Assembly (NCBI RefSeq): GCF_011386835.1
Contig: NC_088812.1
Location: forward strand, 2,046,001 to 2,110,000
DNA: 64,000 bases
Reading direction: 5' to 3'
Origin: Chrysemys picta bellii
Taxonomy: Eukaryota
Of the stretch, positions 1-12,183 are shown in pieces; positions within the stretch are counted from its first letter, which is position 1, and each line of letters opens with the position of its first letter. The position numbers were made by a program, and so were the translations under genes. Under the pieces are notes generated by a model. That model was given only the letters and a program-made list of their open reading frames with translations, was not told the DNA's origin and searched no databases.

Positions 1-1099
1 ATTTCACGACGGGACACGCCTGGCACAAGCACGTGCAAGAAGTCACCGATGCTCCTTACACGGGGAGAGGGGGGATTCCTGGCTGCCCCCTCCCCCAGCC
101 ATCTTCTGGGGCTGGATCTCAGCTCACTCCAGTTCTCAGCCCCATCGGCGCCCAATCCCACATCCTTGGAAAGAGGCGAGTGGGGGTGACTGGCAAAGGC
201 AGGAGGGGTGGTCCGCTCACACGTCTATTGGTGGAGGAGGAGAGGGGAGATGCCAGCTAGGACCCCATAGCGCATGGGGTCCCTCCCACGGACCCACCCC
301 ACCAAGGCCGTGCTAGGAAGCGGTTCACGATTCTATCCCCCTCCCCCAGTGCACATCCTGGGGACCCCCCCCACACCCATTCAGCCTACACCTGGCAGGA
401 GGGGGCCCTGCTGGGAGGTGGAAGCAGGTTTTGGGGTGCACCAGGCTATTGGCTGTCAGAGGGGATGGGGACATGGCACCCCCAGTGCATAGGGAGCTGC
501 AGAGCTCAGGGATGCCCCACAGGGGAGGGATCGGGGGGGGGGATCAGGGCTGGGAGTGGGGGCACCATGGGGTTAGAGGGGCTCATGGGAGGCAGAGAGA
601 GATGCACGGGGATGGGCGGAGGTGCACAGAGTGGGGTGCCCATGGAGTAGGTACAGGGTACCATAGGGTACCATAGGGGGGTTCTGCTGGGGCTGTGGGT
701 TGGGGACTGGGTACCCCGAGGGGGCAGTGGGTGCCTTGGGTGCCCTCAGTGGGTACCCTTGGGGGTGCTGGGTGCCCTGGGTGCTGGATGCCGGGTGGGT
801 GCCCTGGGCCATGAGGGCTGGGTGCCCCAGGGAGGCTAGCTGGGGCGTGGGCACTGGGTGGGGGAGGTTGTCTGGGGGGGGGGCACTCAGTGCCCAGGGT
901 GATGGGTGCGTGCGGGGGGGTGCCCAGTACTGGGTACCCTGGGTAGTGGGTGGGTGCTGGGTGCCCGGGGGGGGGGGGCTGGCTGGGGGGTGGGTGTCCT
1001 GGGCAGGTGGCTGGGGAAAGTTGGGGGCTGGGGGGGGGCAGGATGGGTGCCCCGGGGGAGGTGCTGGGGGGCACTGGGGGGGCAGGATGGGTGCCTGGG

Positions 1100-1460
1100 G
1101 GGGGTCTCTGGGTGCCCAGGGGGGCGCTGGGTGCCCGACGGGGGTCTCGGGGGGGGCGCTGGGTGCCGCGGGGGGGCCCTGGGGGCAGGGGGGGTCCGGG
1201 GGGGCCCTGGGGGGGCCCCGGGGGGGTCTCTGGGTCTCTCACCGGTTGATGCGCTGGGCGAAGGCCCGTCGCTCCGGGGCCGCCATGTGGCTCCGTCCCG
1301 CCGCCGCCGGCTCCGCTCCGCGCTGGGCGCCCCGGGCCGGGCCGGGCTGGGCAGGCGGGGCCGAGCCGGGGGCGGCACCTTCCGGGTCCGGCCGCCGGGA
1401 CTGCGCCGCCCCCTGCCGGCCGGAGCCCGACAGGGGCAGCGTCCCCTATAGCGAGACCCC
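1100..1460 (-). promoter_or_regulatory. CpG island / GC-box promoter region of DOCK6
   Basis: Very high GC and CpG density with GGGGCGG boxes around exon 1. Confidence 0.7.
1243..1286 (-). CDS. DOCK6: DOCK6 coding exon 1 (MAAPERRAFAQRINR); the gene continues leftwards out of the window
   Basis: ATG at 1286 in a CpG island, 44 coding nt, then a GTGAG donor at 1242. The peptide matches the DOCK6/DOCK7 N-terminus as recalled (DOCK6 MAASERRAFAHKINR, DOCK7 MAERRAFAQKISR). Adjacency to TSPAN16 favours DOCK6. Not present in the ORF track. Confidence 0.85.
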
Positions 1461-1746
1461 TATAGACCCCCTATAGACCGAGACCCGCTACAGAGACCCT
1501 TCCCCTATGCAGATTACGAGAGAGCCCTGTACAGACACCGCCCCTATAAAAAACCAGCTATAGGCAGAATCCCTTATAGACATGCACCCATAAAGACAGA
1601 GACCCCCCCCATAATGAACTCCGTAGAGAGACCACTTCCCCCATAGAGAGCCCTCCGAGACAGAGACCCTTCTCGGGCACCTATCGATGGACTTTTCCCC
1701 TCTAGGGAGACCCCCTATATAAACAGTGCCTTTAGAAAAGACACCT

Positions 1747-2122
1747 ATTCATAGACTCATAGAATATCAGGGTTGGAAGGGACCTCAGGAGTTATCTAGT
1801 CCAACCCCTGCTCAAAGCAGGACCAATTCCCAACTAAATCAACCCAGCCAGGGCTTTGTCAAGCCGGGCCTTAAAAACCTCGAAGGAAGGAGATTCCACC
1901 ACCTCCCTAGGTAACCCACTCCAGTGCTTCACCACCCTCCTAGTGAAAAAGTTTTTCCTAATATCCAACCTAAACCTCCCCCACTGCAACTTGAGACCAT
2001 TATTCCTTGTTCTGTCATCTGCCACCACTGAGAACAGTCTCGATCCATCCTCTTTGGAACCCCCCTTCAGGTAGTTGAAAGCAGCTATCAAATCCCCCCT
2101 CACTCTTCTCTTCTGCAGACTA
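1747..2122 (-). mobile_element. CR1 LINE 3' fragment
   Basis: The minus strand encodes the C-terminal CR1 ORF2 peptide ([25 protein letters not shown]) and ends in a (TTCTATGA)-type tail. Confidence 0.9.
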
Positions 2123-2601
2123 TTAACAGCATCATCCCCTATAGAAATACATCTGTAAAGGCAGAGAGACCATTTCCCCTAGAGAAATCCCATAAAGAGG
2201 GAGACTCCCCTCTTTCCCCTATAGAAATAACTCTGACCCTATAGGGAGTCGTCCCCCCCATACTTTAAGGCGATCCGACTCCTCGCCCACCTGTGCAAGG
2301 AGTGAGGCTGGGTGTTGTTTATTCTGTGGGGCTGGTGGGTCGGCCTGTTATTAGCTGTGCTGTATTATAGGGCAGGGCCCTGTAGTACCAGGCGCTGCCC
2401 AGACCCAGACCGAGATCACGGTCCCATTGTGCAGTGCGCTGCCCAGACAGACATTGAGAGACAGTCCCTGCCCCAATTAACTCACAGTCTAAAGAGACAA
2501 AGGGCGGGAGGGGAAACTGAGGCACATAGAAAGCAGGGGATTTTCCCAAGGTCACCCAGCATCTCTGGCCACCCCAGCTCAAACAAGATATATTAGAACC
2601 G

Positions 2602-3195
2602 AGAAAAGTACCGTGAAGGGCAACACAGATGATGAGGGGGATGGAACAGCTGCTGTGTGAGGAGATTACAAAGACTGGGACTGTTCAGCTTGGAACAGAG
2701 ACGACTAAGGGGGGATCTGAGAGAGGTCTGTAAAATCGTGACTGGGGTTGAGAAAGTGACTAAGGAAGTGTTATTTACCTCGTCACATAACACAAGAACC
2801 AGAGGTCACCCAATGAAATTAATAAGCAGCAGGTTTAAAACAAACACAAGGAAGTATTTCTTCACACAACGCACAGTCAACCTGTGGAACTCCTTGCCAG
2901 GGGATGTTGGGAAGGCCAAAAGTATAACTGGGTTCAGAAAAGAACCAGATAAGTTCATAGAGGGTAGGTCCCTCAATGGCTGTTAGCCGGGATGGTCAGG
3001 GACACAACCCCATGCTCTGGGTGTCCCTAAACCTCTGACTGCTAGAAGCTGGGACTGGACGACAGGGGATGGATGAGTCAATAATTGCCCCGGTTTATTC
3101 ATTCCCTCTGAAGCATCTGGCACCGGCCGCTCTCAGAGGCAGGACCCTGGGCTAGGCGGACTATTGATCTGACCCAGTACGGCGGTTCTGATGTC
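2602..3195 (+). mobile_element. CR1 LINE 3' fragment
   Basis: Encodes [15 protein letters not shown]...[16 protein letters not shown], followed by the CR1 3' UTR. Same subfamily as 8290-9200. Confidence 0.9.
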
Positions 3196-3451
3196 CAGTT
3201 GCCTCCCAAGGCCTAGTCCAGCCCTACCCACCAGGCCCTGCTGCCCCTTCCCTGATTGGTAATGCGCTTCTGGCCTCATGTCTCTGGAGGCCAGGCTGGG
3301 GCTGCCTTGTATGCAGACTGGGAGACGGGTGGGCCGGGCCGTGAATGCCAAGGTGGCAAGGACAGGTAGGTGAAGACGGCCTGGACTAGAAACACAGGAG
3401 AGGCCAGAGTTACACATCACATGAGAGTGAATTGGAATTTTCCCGCTCTAT

Positions 3452-3648
3452 AAATTACATTAATGGAGATATCCCATCTCCTAGAACTGGAAGGGACCTT
3501 GAAAGCTCATCAAGTCCAGCCGTCTGCCTTCACTAGCAGAACCAAGTACTGATTTTGCCCCAGATCCCTAAGTGGCCCCCTCAAGGATTGAACTCACAAT
3601 GCTGGGTTTAGCAGGCCAATGCTCAAACCACTGAACTATCCCTCCCCC
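3452..3648 (-). mobile_element. tRNA-derived SINE (tortoise PolIII/SINE type) with a CR1-like 3' end
   Basis: The minus strand begins GGGAGGGATAGTTCAGTGGTTTGAGCATTGGCC...GTGAGTTCAATCCTTGAGGGGGCC (A/B-box tRNA-like head), followed by CR1-like tail sequence. A second copy lies at 12184-12370. Confidence 0.8.
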
Positions 3649-5166
3649 CTTAGAGATGGGATAAGATTCAATTGGAAACAGGAGCGGGCAGATCTATAGA
3701 TCAGATGGGATCAAATTAACTTGCCTTGGATTCGATTGCAATAGAACGAACAGATTGAATTAGCTACAGACAGGGTTAGTTACAATGACTCGGACTGGGC
3801 GGGGGCCCATCTAGCCCGGTATCCCGTCTCCGACAGTGCCAGCAGCTTCAGACACAGGCCCACAGAGCCCTGCAGAGGCAGTGGCAGGAGACGTTCCTTC
3901 GGGACCCCGGGCAGCTCCGGGCGGGCGGATTCTCCAGCCAAACCAAAAGCTCTTTTCAAACTCTGCTTTCCCAGTCCTGAAATTCTTTCTGTTAACACGG
4001 GGACAGGTCCTGAGCTGGTGTCAATCGCCCGAGCCCCACGGATTGATACCAGCCGAGGATCTGGCCCAAGAAATCTGACCCCCAGCGCTGAACGGGGACC
4101 CTCATTCTCTTGACGGTAGGATATTGGCAGTTGAAGCCAGACACAATCCAACTGGAAATAAGACACACATCTTTCCTGGGGGGTGAGTAAGCACGGGGGG
4201 GTGGGCGGCAGGGGGAACTCCCCAGAGAAGTGGTGGATTCTCCGGCTCCTCATGGCGTCCCATCCAGCCTCACTGCCCACCTGGAAGATGTTTTAGCCGA
4301 ACACAAGCAGCTCGGCACGGGCACCTGGGTGAAACGGAACCGTCTGGGCTGTACAGGAACTCTGGCTAGACGCAGGTGGGCCAGGCAGCCAGTGGGCCCC
4401 GGCCCGGGCTGGCCCCTGGGAATGGAGATGACGGTTGGGTTGCCAGGCACGGAGGGCGCCTGTAACCGAGCCACAACAAGGGGTAAACGGGGCGGTGATG
4501 GCGTCAGGATAACACTCAGCGGTGCCCTGGGGTACAGCGAGACACCCGCTGACCTCCCACCGCAGGGCACCGGCTTTCCACGCCCGGCAGGAAGATGGAG
4601 AAACATCCCCCTCTAGTGATGCTTTGCAGAACAGCCGCATGAACCGCAGGGGTGTGTTGGCCAAGCTCGGGGTGAGATTTTCCCCTGCTCCAGCCAGCAG
4701 CGGCCCCACGTCCCCGGGCAGTAGCTGACAGCTGCGGAGCCATCTGCCCTGATTCAGGTCAATGTTCACAGGCATCCCGGAGCGGTGTCAGCTGCACAAT
4801 CAGAGCAGGGGCCCGTCTCTGAGAGGGGCCAGGACCAACTGCTCCGAGACACCCTGCTGCAGAAGGCGGAGATGGGACATCCTGCCAGTGGGGACAGCTC
4901 CTTCCTGACCGCTCCCCACCAAAGGTCTGCTCAGGCCCTGAAGCATGAGGCTTTATAACCCTTCCTAAGTCACTCTGGCTTTGAATGTTCTCGTTAAACC
5001 AAGAGCCCAGTGGATGTAAGAGAACTCAGGACAGGGCAGCAACAACATTACGGCCGGGTCTGGTTGTGTTCTGGTGGCCTGATCCCCTCCTGGGGTAAAT
5101 CAGCCTCAAGCCAATTCAGTCAATTGAGCTGCTCTGATTCACGGCGGGCCAGGATCCGGCCCCAGA

Positions 5167-5384
5167 NNNNNNNNNNNNNNNNNNNNNNNNNNNNNNNNNN
5201 NNNNNNNNNNNNNNNNNNNNNNNNNNNNNNNNNNNNNNNNNNNNNNNNNNNNNNNNNNNNNNNNNNNNNNNNNNNNNNNNNNNNNNNNNNNNNNNNNNNN
5301 NNNNNNNNNNNNNNNNNNNNNNNNNNNNNNNNNNNNNNNNNNNNNNNNNNNNNNNNNNNNNNNNNNNNNNNNNNNNNNNNNNNN
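5167..5384. other. Assembly gap (218 N)
   Basis: Run of N, with (GATA/GACA)n on the right flank. Confidence 1.
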
Positions 5385-5464
5385 GGGATAGATAGATAGA
5401 CAGACCGAGGGGTGTTTGGGGACAGACAGACAGACCGACCGAGGGGTGTTTGGACAGATGGATC

Positions 5465-5560
5465 TATCTGAAGAAGAGCTCTGTGTAGCTCGAAAGCTCG
5501 TCTTTTTCACCAACAGCAGTTGGTCCAATAAAAGGCTCTCACCCCCGTGTCTCCCTGGAC
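5465..5560. mobile_element. Short interspersed repeat fragment, probably Penelope-like
   Basis: GAAGAAGAGCTCTGTGTAGCTCGAAAGCT...GTTGGTCCAATAAAAG resembles a common reptile Penelope-type terminal sequence (from recall). Confidence 0.45.
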
Positions 5561-5669
5561 AGGTAAGTCCATTCCTTTACTGCACTGAAATGAAATTCAG
5601 GCCCTTTGACAGGTCTCCAGATGAGCAATCCCACAGCCATGAGTCACCTTTTCAAACTCTCGCCGTACC

Positions 5670-5800
5670 CTCTCTGGGCCTCAGCTTTCCCATCTGTACA
5701 GCGGGAATAATAATCCTTTCTCCCACCTTCTGTCTGTTCAGACTGTGAGCTCTTCAGAGCAGGGGCTGTCTCTCTCTGTGTGGCTGCGCAGTGCCCATGG
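5670..5800 (+). mobile_element. MIR/CORE-SINE-like element with an L2-like tail
   Basis: Core motif CTCTGGGCCTCAGCTTTCCCATCTGTA...ATAATAAT, then GACTGTGAGCTC...GCAGGGGCTGTCT. Similar copies lie near 9690, 16680, 20250, 21470, 22010, 26510, 44960, 47990 and 63340. Confidence 0.7.
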
Positions 5801-6120
5801 TACGGGGCCCTGATCTCGGCCAGGATCTGGGCAGTGCCTGGTGCGTCGGGGCCCTGATCTTGGTCGGGGTCTGTGCAGCGCCCGGCGCGATGGGGCCCTG
5901 ATCTCGGCCGGGGTCTGAGCAGCGCCCGGCCCGACGGGGCCCTGATCTCGGCCGGGGTCTGGACAGCGCCCGGCCCGACGGGGCCCTGATCTCGGCCGGG
6001 GTCTGGGCAGCGCCTGGCCCGACGGGGCCCTGATCTCGGCCGGGGTCTGGGCAGCGCCCGGCCCGACGGGGCCCTGATCTCGGACGGGGTCTGGGCAGCG
6101 CCCAGCACCATGGAGCCCCA
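5800..6120. repeat. GC-rich minisatellite, about 44-nt unit, 7-8 copies
   Basis: GGGGCCCTGATCTCGGCCGGGGTCTGGGCAGCGCCCGGCCCGAC recurs at about 44-nt spacing. Confidence 0.95.
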
Positions 6121-6496
6121 ATCTCAGCCATGTCCTAGCAGCGTTACCAGAACACAGATAATAATAGGTGGGGTTTTCCAAAGCTCCTCTCCCCAAGTCT
6201 CCGGGTAACCTGCGCTCCCCGCGGGCTCGAGGGAACTGCACCCCACGTTCCCCTGGGCCGATATGAGGCTGGGCCCAGAGCCCCACGGAAAGCTCTGCCC
6301 TCACCTCGGGAAGCAAAGCGTTAAAGCCGCGAGTGTACAAGCCAGTTGCATGTCTTCCCCTCCCCCTGCCCGGCTGGGAGTTCAGACGGGATCAGGTGGG
6401 GAGGGCGATGAAGTCCCAGAAGCAGGCACAACTCCAGCCCAGAGAGCGGAGACTGAACCACGGAGCCGCAGCTCACTGTTGTGCAGGTGGGGAGCC

Positions 6497-6697
6497 ACAC
6501 CCTGTGGAAAGGAGAACCCACCCACACCCACACACCCGCACACACACACCCGCACACACACACCCTGTGGAAAGGAGACACACACCCACACCCTGCATAC
6601 TGACCCGCACACACACCCTGCACACACACACACCCGCACACACACCCTGTGGAAAGGAGACACGCACCCACACCCTGCACACACACACACACACACA
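6497..6697. repeat. CA-rich compound repeat, three CACACCCTGTGGAAAGGAGA units
   Basis: Units start near 6497, 6559 and 6641 and are separated by (CA)n. Confidence 0.9.
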
Positions 6698-7738
6698 GCA
6701 AACTTCCCAGCCACCCCTCCAAGAGGTAAGAGCTTTTTGCATGGCCAATACCTGCATTTCTCTTGCTTGTGTAGCCAACGGAGGCCAGGTCCTCTGCTGT
6801 AGCTTGGGGAAATCAACGGAGTGGTGCCCGTCTTACCCCAGCCGAGGATTAGGCCCTGGGAGATTCAGGCCTGGGATGGTGCCGCTTGGCTCATCCCTTG
6901 TTTGGACTGTGGCCGCCCAAGCGACAAGGGCCTGGGCTCCGTGGGGCCGGCGGGGGCCAGCGTCGCTTCATGTCCCGCCTGGGCGCTGGGCTGAAGAGCG
7001 TGTCAGGGTCCAAGCCGGCCCGATGGTGCTGCTGCCTGTTCTCCCCTCCAGTCCCCAGCCCGCAAGAGCCGCGGCGGATTCTGCCATGGGGAGCAAGCGC
7101 CCGGATTCCAGCCTCTGGAGTCGCTGCCCCGGAGCCGGCGGATTTGGGTGAGGGGCGAAGCTGGTCGAGAGGGGGCATCCGGCCCCGCTCCTGCGACTGG
7201 CGAGGAGGGCAGAGTCCAGGCTGGCTGGCAGCGATGCCCAAGTCTGCGCTCTCGGGTACGCCTGTATGCTGAGGGCCTGCTCTAAGTGCTTTCTATCCCC
7301 CCCGCCCCCGTTTGTTCCAGTCCAGGCAGGCACCTTCCATTAGCGCTAATGGCAGGAAGGCACCCGCAGCCCCGGGAGCGCTGCAACCCTCCGGGGGAGG
7401 GAGGGAGCTTTGCACCCAGATCTGCAGCTGGTGTGGAACAAGCGTCACTCCATTGACTGCAAGGCAGCCGGTTTACCCCAGCTGAGGTCCCAGCGGGTCG
7501 CGGTTAGATCCAGCGCCCCAGACACATCAGACCCTTTCCAGCTCCGTTCTGCCCACCCTGGTTTCTACCCCCGAGGCGGGGTGGATGGAAGAGGGATTCT
7601 CGTCGCTCTGGGAGCTCTTGCCCCAGCTGCTCCCTCCTCCCAGGGAGACGTGATCTGATGATCACGACCTAATCGGGCTTCCCAGTGCAAGTGGCCGGCG
7701 AATCATCGAGCCAGGACCCTCTGGTGGGCTTCTGAACC

Positions 7739-8064
7739 NNNNNNNNNNNNNNNNNNNNNNNNNNNNNNNNNNNNNNNNNNNNNNNNNNNNNNNNNNNNNN
7801 NNNNNNNNNNNNNNNNNNNNNNNNNNNNNNNNNNNNNNNNNNNNNNNNNNNNNNNNNNNNNNNNNNNNNNNNNNNNNNNNNNNNNNNNNNNNNNNNNNNN
7901 NNNNNNNNNNNNNNNNNNNNNNNNNNNNNNNNNNNNNNNNNNNNNNNNNNNNNNNNNNNNNNNNNNNNNNNNNNNNNNNNNNNNNNNNNNNNNNNNNNNN
8001 NNNNNNNNNNNNNNNNNNNNNNNNNNNNNNNNNNNNNNNNNNNNNNNNNNNNNNNNNNNNNNNN
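7739..8064. other. Assembly gap (326 N)
   Basis: Run of N followed by an imperfect (TG)n. Confidence 1.
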
Positions 8065-8268
8065 GCATGTAGGCACATGTGTGTGCGCAGGTGTGTGTGT
8101 GTGTATGTGCATGTGCGTGTGTGTGGGTGTGGGTGTGTGTGTGGGTGGGTGGGTGTGCAGGCGTGTGTGTGCGTGCGTGCATGTGCAGCTATGTGTGTGT
8201 GTGCATGTAGGCACGTGTGTGTGCAGGTGTGTGTGTGTGTGTGTGCAGGCGTGTGTGTGTGCGCGCGC
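8065..8268. repeat. Imperfect (TG)n microsatellite
   Basis: Directly visible. Confidence 0.95.
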
Positions 8269-8289
8269 ACAGAGCTAGCACTTCGTACA

Positions 8290-9200
8290 CAGTGTGCTGT
8301 GGTCTCTCACAAAATGGCAGATGAAATTCAATGTTGATAAATGCAAAGTAATGCACATTGGAAAACATCATCCCAACTATACATATGAAATGATGGGGTC
8401 TAAATTATCTGTTACCACTCAAGAAAGAGATCTTGGAGTCACTGTGGAGAGTTCTCTGAAAACATCCACTCAATGTGCAGCGGAGTCAAAAAAGCGAACA
8501 GAATGTTGGGAATCATTAAGAAAGGGATAGATAATAAGACAGAAAATATCATATTGCCTCTATATAAATCCATGGTATGTCCACATCTTGAATACTGCGT
8601 GCAGATGTGGTCACCCCATCTCAAAAAAGATATATTGGATTTGGAAAAGGTTCAGAAAAGGGCAACAAAAATGATTAGGGGGATGGAACGGCTGCCGTAT
8701 GAGGAGAGATTAATAAGACTGGGACTTTTCAGCTTGGAAAAGAGACGACTAAGAGGGGATAGGATAGAGGTCTATAAAATCATGACTGGTGTGGAGAAAG
8801 TAAATAAAGAAGTGTTATTTACTCCTTCTCATAACACAAGAGCTAGGGGTCACCCAATGGAATTAATAGGCTGCAGGTTTAAAACAAACAAAAGGAAGTA
8901 TTTCTTCACACAGCGCACAGTCAACCTATGGAACTCCTTGCCAGAGGATGTTGAAGGCCAAGACTATAACAGGGAACTAGATAAGTTCCTGGAGGGTAGG
9001 TCCATCAATGGCTATTAGCCAAGATGGACAGGGATGGTGTCCCTAGCCTCTGTTTGCCAGAAACTGGGAATGGATGACAGGGGATGGATCACTCAATAAT
9101 TACCCTGTTCTGTTCATTCCCTCTGGGGCACCTGGCATTGGCCACTGTCACAATGGGCTAGATGGACCTTTGGTCTGACCCAGGCTGGCCGTTCTTCTCT
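8290..9200 (+). mobile_element. CR1 LINE 3' fragment (degraded ORF2 C-terminus plus 3' UTR)
   Basis: [17 protein letters not shown]...[17 protein letters not shown]...[17 protein letters not shown], with a frameshift between the pieces. Confidence 0.95.
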
Positions 9201-9365
9201 TATCAACAGAGGGGCCAGTGTTTTCTGGAGAGATGTGTGGGGCAGGAGAGCAAAGGGTGAAACTGCAACATCCGCAGATTTCCTGCAAACCTGAAATCTG
9301 ACCCAGTTTGTTAAAACGCTGGGTCTCTATATTCTTCTATCATAGATGTGTAGTTCCCAACATGC

Positions 9366-9615
9366 CAATGCCCTGCAATCCCGACCTGCAGCCCCCCAGC
9401 CCTGCCCTGGGCTCCCCCCCAGCTCTGCCAGTGCCCCTCAATCCCGACCTGCAGCCCCCTGCTAGTCCAGCCCTGGGCCCCCCAGCTCTGCCAGTGCCCC
9501 TCACTCCCGACCTGCAGCCCCCTGCTAGTCCAGCCCTGGGCTCCCCGCAGCTCTGCCAGTGCCCCTCAATCCTGACCTGCAGCCCCCTGCTCTCCCAGCC
9601 CTGGGCTCCCCGCCT
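9366..9615. repeat. Minisatellite, about 64-nt unit, about 4 copies
   Basis: CTCTGCCAGTGCCCCTCAATCCCGACCTGCAGCCCCC recurs at about 9423, 9487 and 9551. Confidence 0.9.
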
Positions 9616-12183
9616 AGCTTTGCCTGTGGCCTCACTCCTGACACTCTAGCACTGTGGACAATAGATTTATCCTTACTGTGAGGGTTACCCCCATTTCACA
9701 TATGGGGAAACTGAGGCACGGGGCAGGCGTGACTTGCCTGTGTTTCTGTGCCTGCTTTGCACATGGGTCTCACCAGCAGAGCGCTGGGCTCCCACTGCAG
9801 ATGGAGCTTCAGCGCCAGCCATCAGCACCCACATGGCTCTGCCGATGCCCCTCAACTCCGGCCCGCAGCCCCCTGCAGACCACACACAACACAGGGAGTC
9901 AGGCTGAAGCCTGCTGGATTCCCTGTTGGACAGGTTTCAGTGCCCCGCCCTGGGGCCCCTGAGCTCTCCGAGTGGGAGGCTGCCGTTAGCGGAACCCCCT
10001 GGATAAAGGGGTGCGGGCGGTTCCCAGCCGATTGGCCGCTGCTAGGCAACAGCTTCAGCTGCAGGGAAACAAGGAGCTAGGAGAAGACGCTGCAGAGGTT
10101 GCCTTGGGGAGCAGCGGTGCGGGGAGGAGCCTGGAGCCGCAGGGCAGGTTGTCCCATCGCTGCTGGGAGACGGGCAAGGCCCTGCTCCAGTCTGATCCGG
10201 CCAGTCCTTCGCGGGAGCCGTGCGCTGGGTGGATGTTGGATGTGATGAGTCTGCAAGGCTCCGCAGGCCCCCGTTCCCAGGCTCACCCGGACTCACTCCC
10301 CTTCCAGTGTCCAGAGCATGGGCTGGGGTGGCCCGGCCCCCGGCCGCTTCTGCAGAGTCTTGTGGGCTACGTGGGAGGGCAGGCTGAGCACCGCGGAACT
10401 GGCACCTGAGACCTCCCCACCCCCTCTTCCCGGTTCAGTGACTTGCTTCTCCAGGCGCAACCACCTCTTCTATAGCTTCCACATCTCAGGGGAGGCACCG
10501 CTTGGGAACCTGCCCAGCTCCTGAAGCAGTGAGGAGCTACCGAGCAAAGGTCCTTGCTGGCCCCAGCACGGGGCACCCTGTGACCTGAGCCCAGTGCCAA
10601 GGAGCCATGGCGGGAGGAGAGGCCCTAGAGCAGACAACTGACGAGACCCCGCGGCTGGAGCCAAAGCTGGACAATTCAGACTGGAAAGAAGGGGCAGATT
10701 TTGAACCGGGAGGGGAATTAACATTGGAGCAGCTGCCCCAGGGCCAGGGCAGATTCTCCATCACATGCCCGCTTGTCCTTCCAAATCTAGCGCAGCCGGA
10801 CGTGACGGGCTTGAGTGAGTTTCTAGGCCTGCGGGCCACAGGAGGTCAGAGAGAGCATGGGCCAGTGGCCAGAGCAAAAGACTAGCACTCTCCAGACTGG
10901 GGTTATTACCCACTCAGCACCTGGCCTGGCACTTCCCTGTCTCAGTTTCCCCAGCTAGCTAATGAGATTGGCCTCAATTTGCGGATCTACGACGGAAAAA
11001 GCGACTTAAGAGTGAGGTATTGTTCTCAATTGTCCCATCTGGCTTTAAAACCTAGCAGCCGCTTTCATGGTGCTTTACTCCCGCTCCAGGGGGGAAGCGA
11101 ATCCCTCTCTGCTTTTTGCTGCGGTCGCACATTCGGTGGTTTGCAAAGGATTCAACACACGATGCACCAATGCTCTGAGCCTATTACAGATGTGAGCAGC
11201 TCGTGTGATCCGAGTTCACAGCTTCCTAGATCCCCAGGCCAGAAAGGACCATTGCGATCTTCTGGTCTGAGCTCCTGGAGAACCCAGGCCCTGGGGATTC
11301 GGTTCAGACCTGAGACAAACACCCACCCTGATGTAAAAACCGCCAGTGCTTACAATCCACCGGGACCCGGGGGAAGCTGGGCCGCTGGGTAATTACTCTC
11401 CCCAGTACAAATTTGGGCCTTATTGCCAGTCAGAATTGGTCTAGCTTCAACTTCCAGCCGTTGGCTTTTGTTAGACTGAAGAGCTCCCTATGGTCAAATA
11501 TTTGTCCCCCTGTAGGTACTTAGACTGTGATCGAGTCACCCATCAACCTCCTCTTTGTTTAGCTAAACGGCTGGAGCTCCTGGAGCCTCTTGCTGTCAGC
11601 TGGGAAGGTCCTCGGGGGATGATGTTCTAGACAGTTATAAGCCCTGGTTATAAGCGATGTCAGTGGTTTGACAATTGATGGACTATTTATTAAAATGTCT
11701 AACCTCCAGGCATACAAGGTGTGAGCTCCACTGCAACCTGGCTGGGGGGGGAAGAGTTATTTCATACCAGCGTCTGGAACGCGGCTGGCCCGGACTGTTC
11801 GGAAATCGTCACTGTGGCCTTTCAAAAATCATGAGCTGTTGGGTTTTTTTAATCAGTTTTCTGGGGATCTGTTTCTTTCCCTTCCGTTTGTTGAGTCTTT
11901 GGGGGTCACATCTGCAAGCTTCTCTCTGCAGCCAGGACAGCTAGAAAGTTGCTTTATTTTTCTTTTCTTTTTTTTTTAAATGAAAACTGTGAGTCTCATA
12001 AAATCACCTGACTCCAGCAGCTGAGGCTTTAAGAAAAACCCCAAATAGAGTGAGATTTGGCAACACTGTAAACAGTGGGGAAAAAAACACATCCTCTTTG
12101 TCCCCTGTGTGGTCTGCTTTATCCCTCTCATCACACTTCTTATCTCAGGTGGTTTGGACAAGTCTGGGCCTGAGAAAGCTTTT

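Noticed and set aside
33-1476. Many overlapping Gly/Pro-rich ORFs
   Set aside because: They come from the G-rich DOCK6 intron 1 and CpG island. The only coding part is the 44-nt exon at 1243-1286.
3570-3648. tRNA-like sequence (also about 12295-12370)
   Set aside because: It is the head of a SINE attached to a CR1-like tail and occurs twice with the same tail; not called as a tRNA gene.
7051-7147. Exon-like segment with ATG (MGSKRPDSSLWSRCPGAGGF) and a GTGAGG donor in a CpG-rich patch
   Set aside because: No recognisable protein or partner exon; too weak to call without RNA evidence.
5010-8270. ORFs with X runs and His/Thr- or Val/Cys-rich ORFs
   Set aside because: Artefacts of the N-gaps and of (CA)n/(TG)n repeats.
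5800-9615. Regularly spaced repeats resembling a CRISPR array
   Set aside because: These are head-to-tail tandem units with no unique spacers and no cas genes, in vertebrate DNA.
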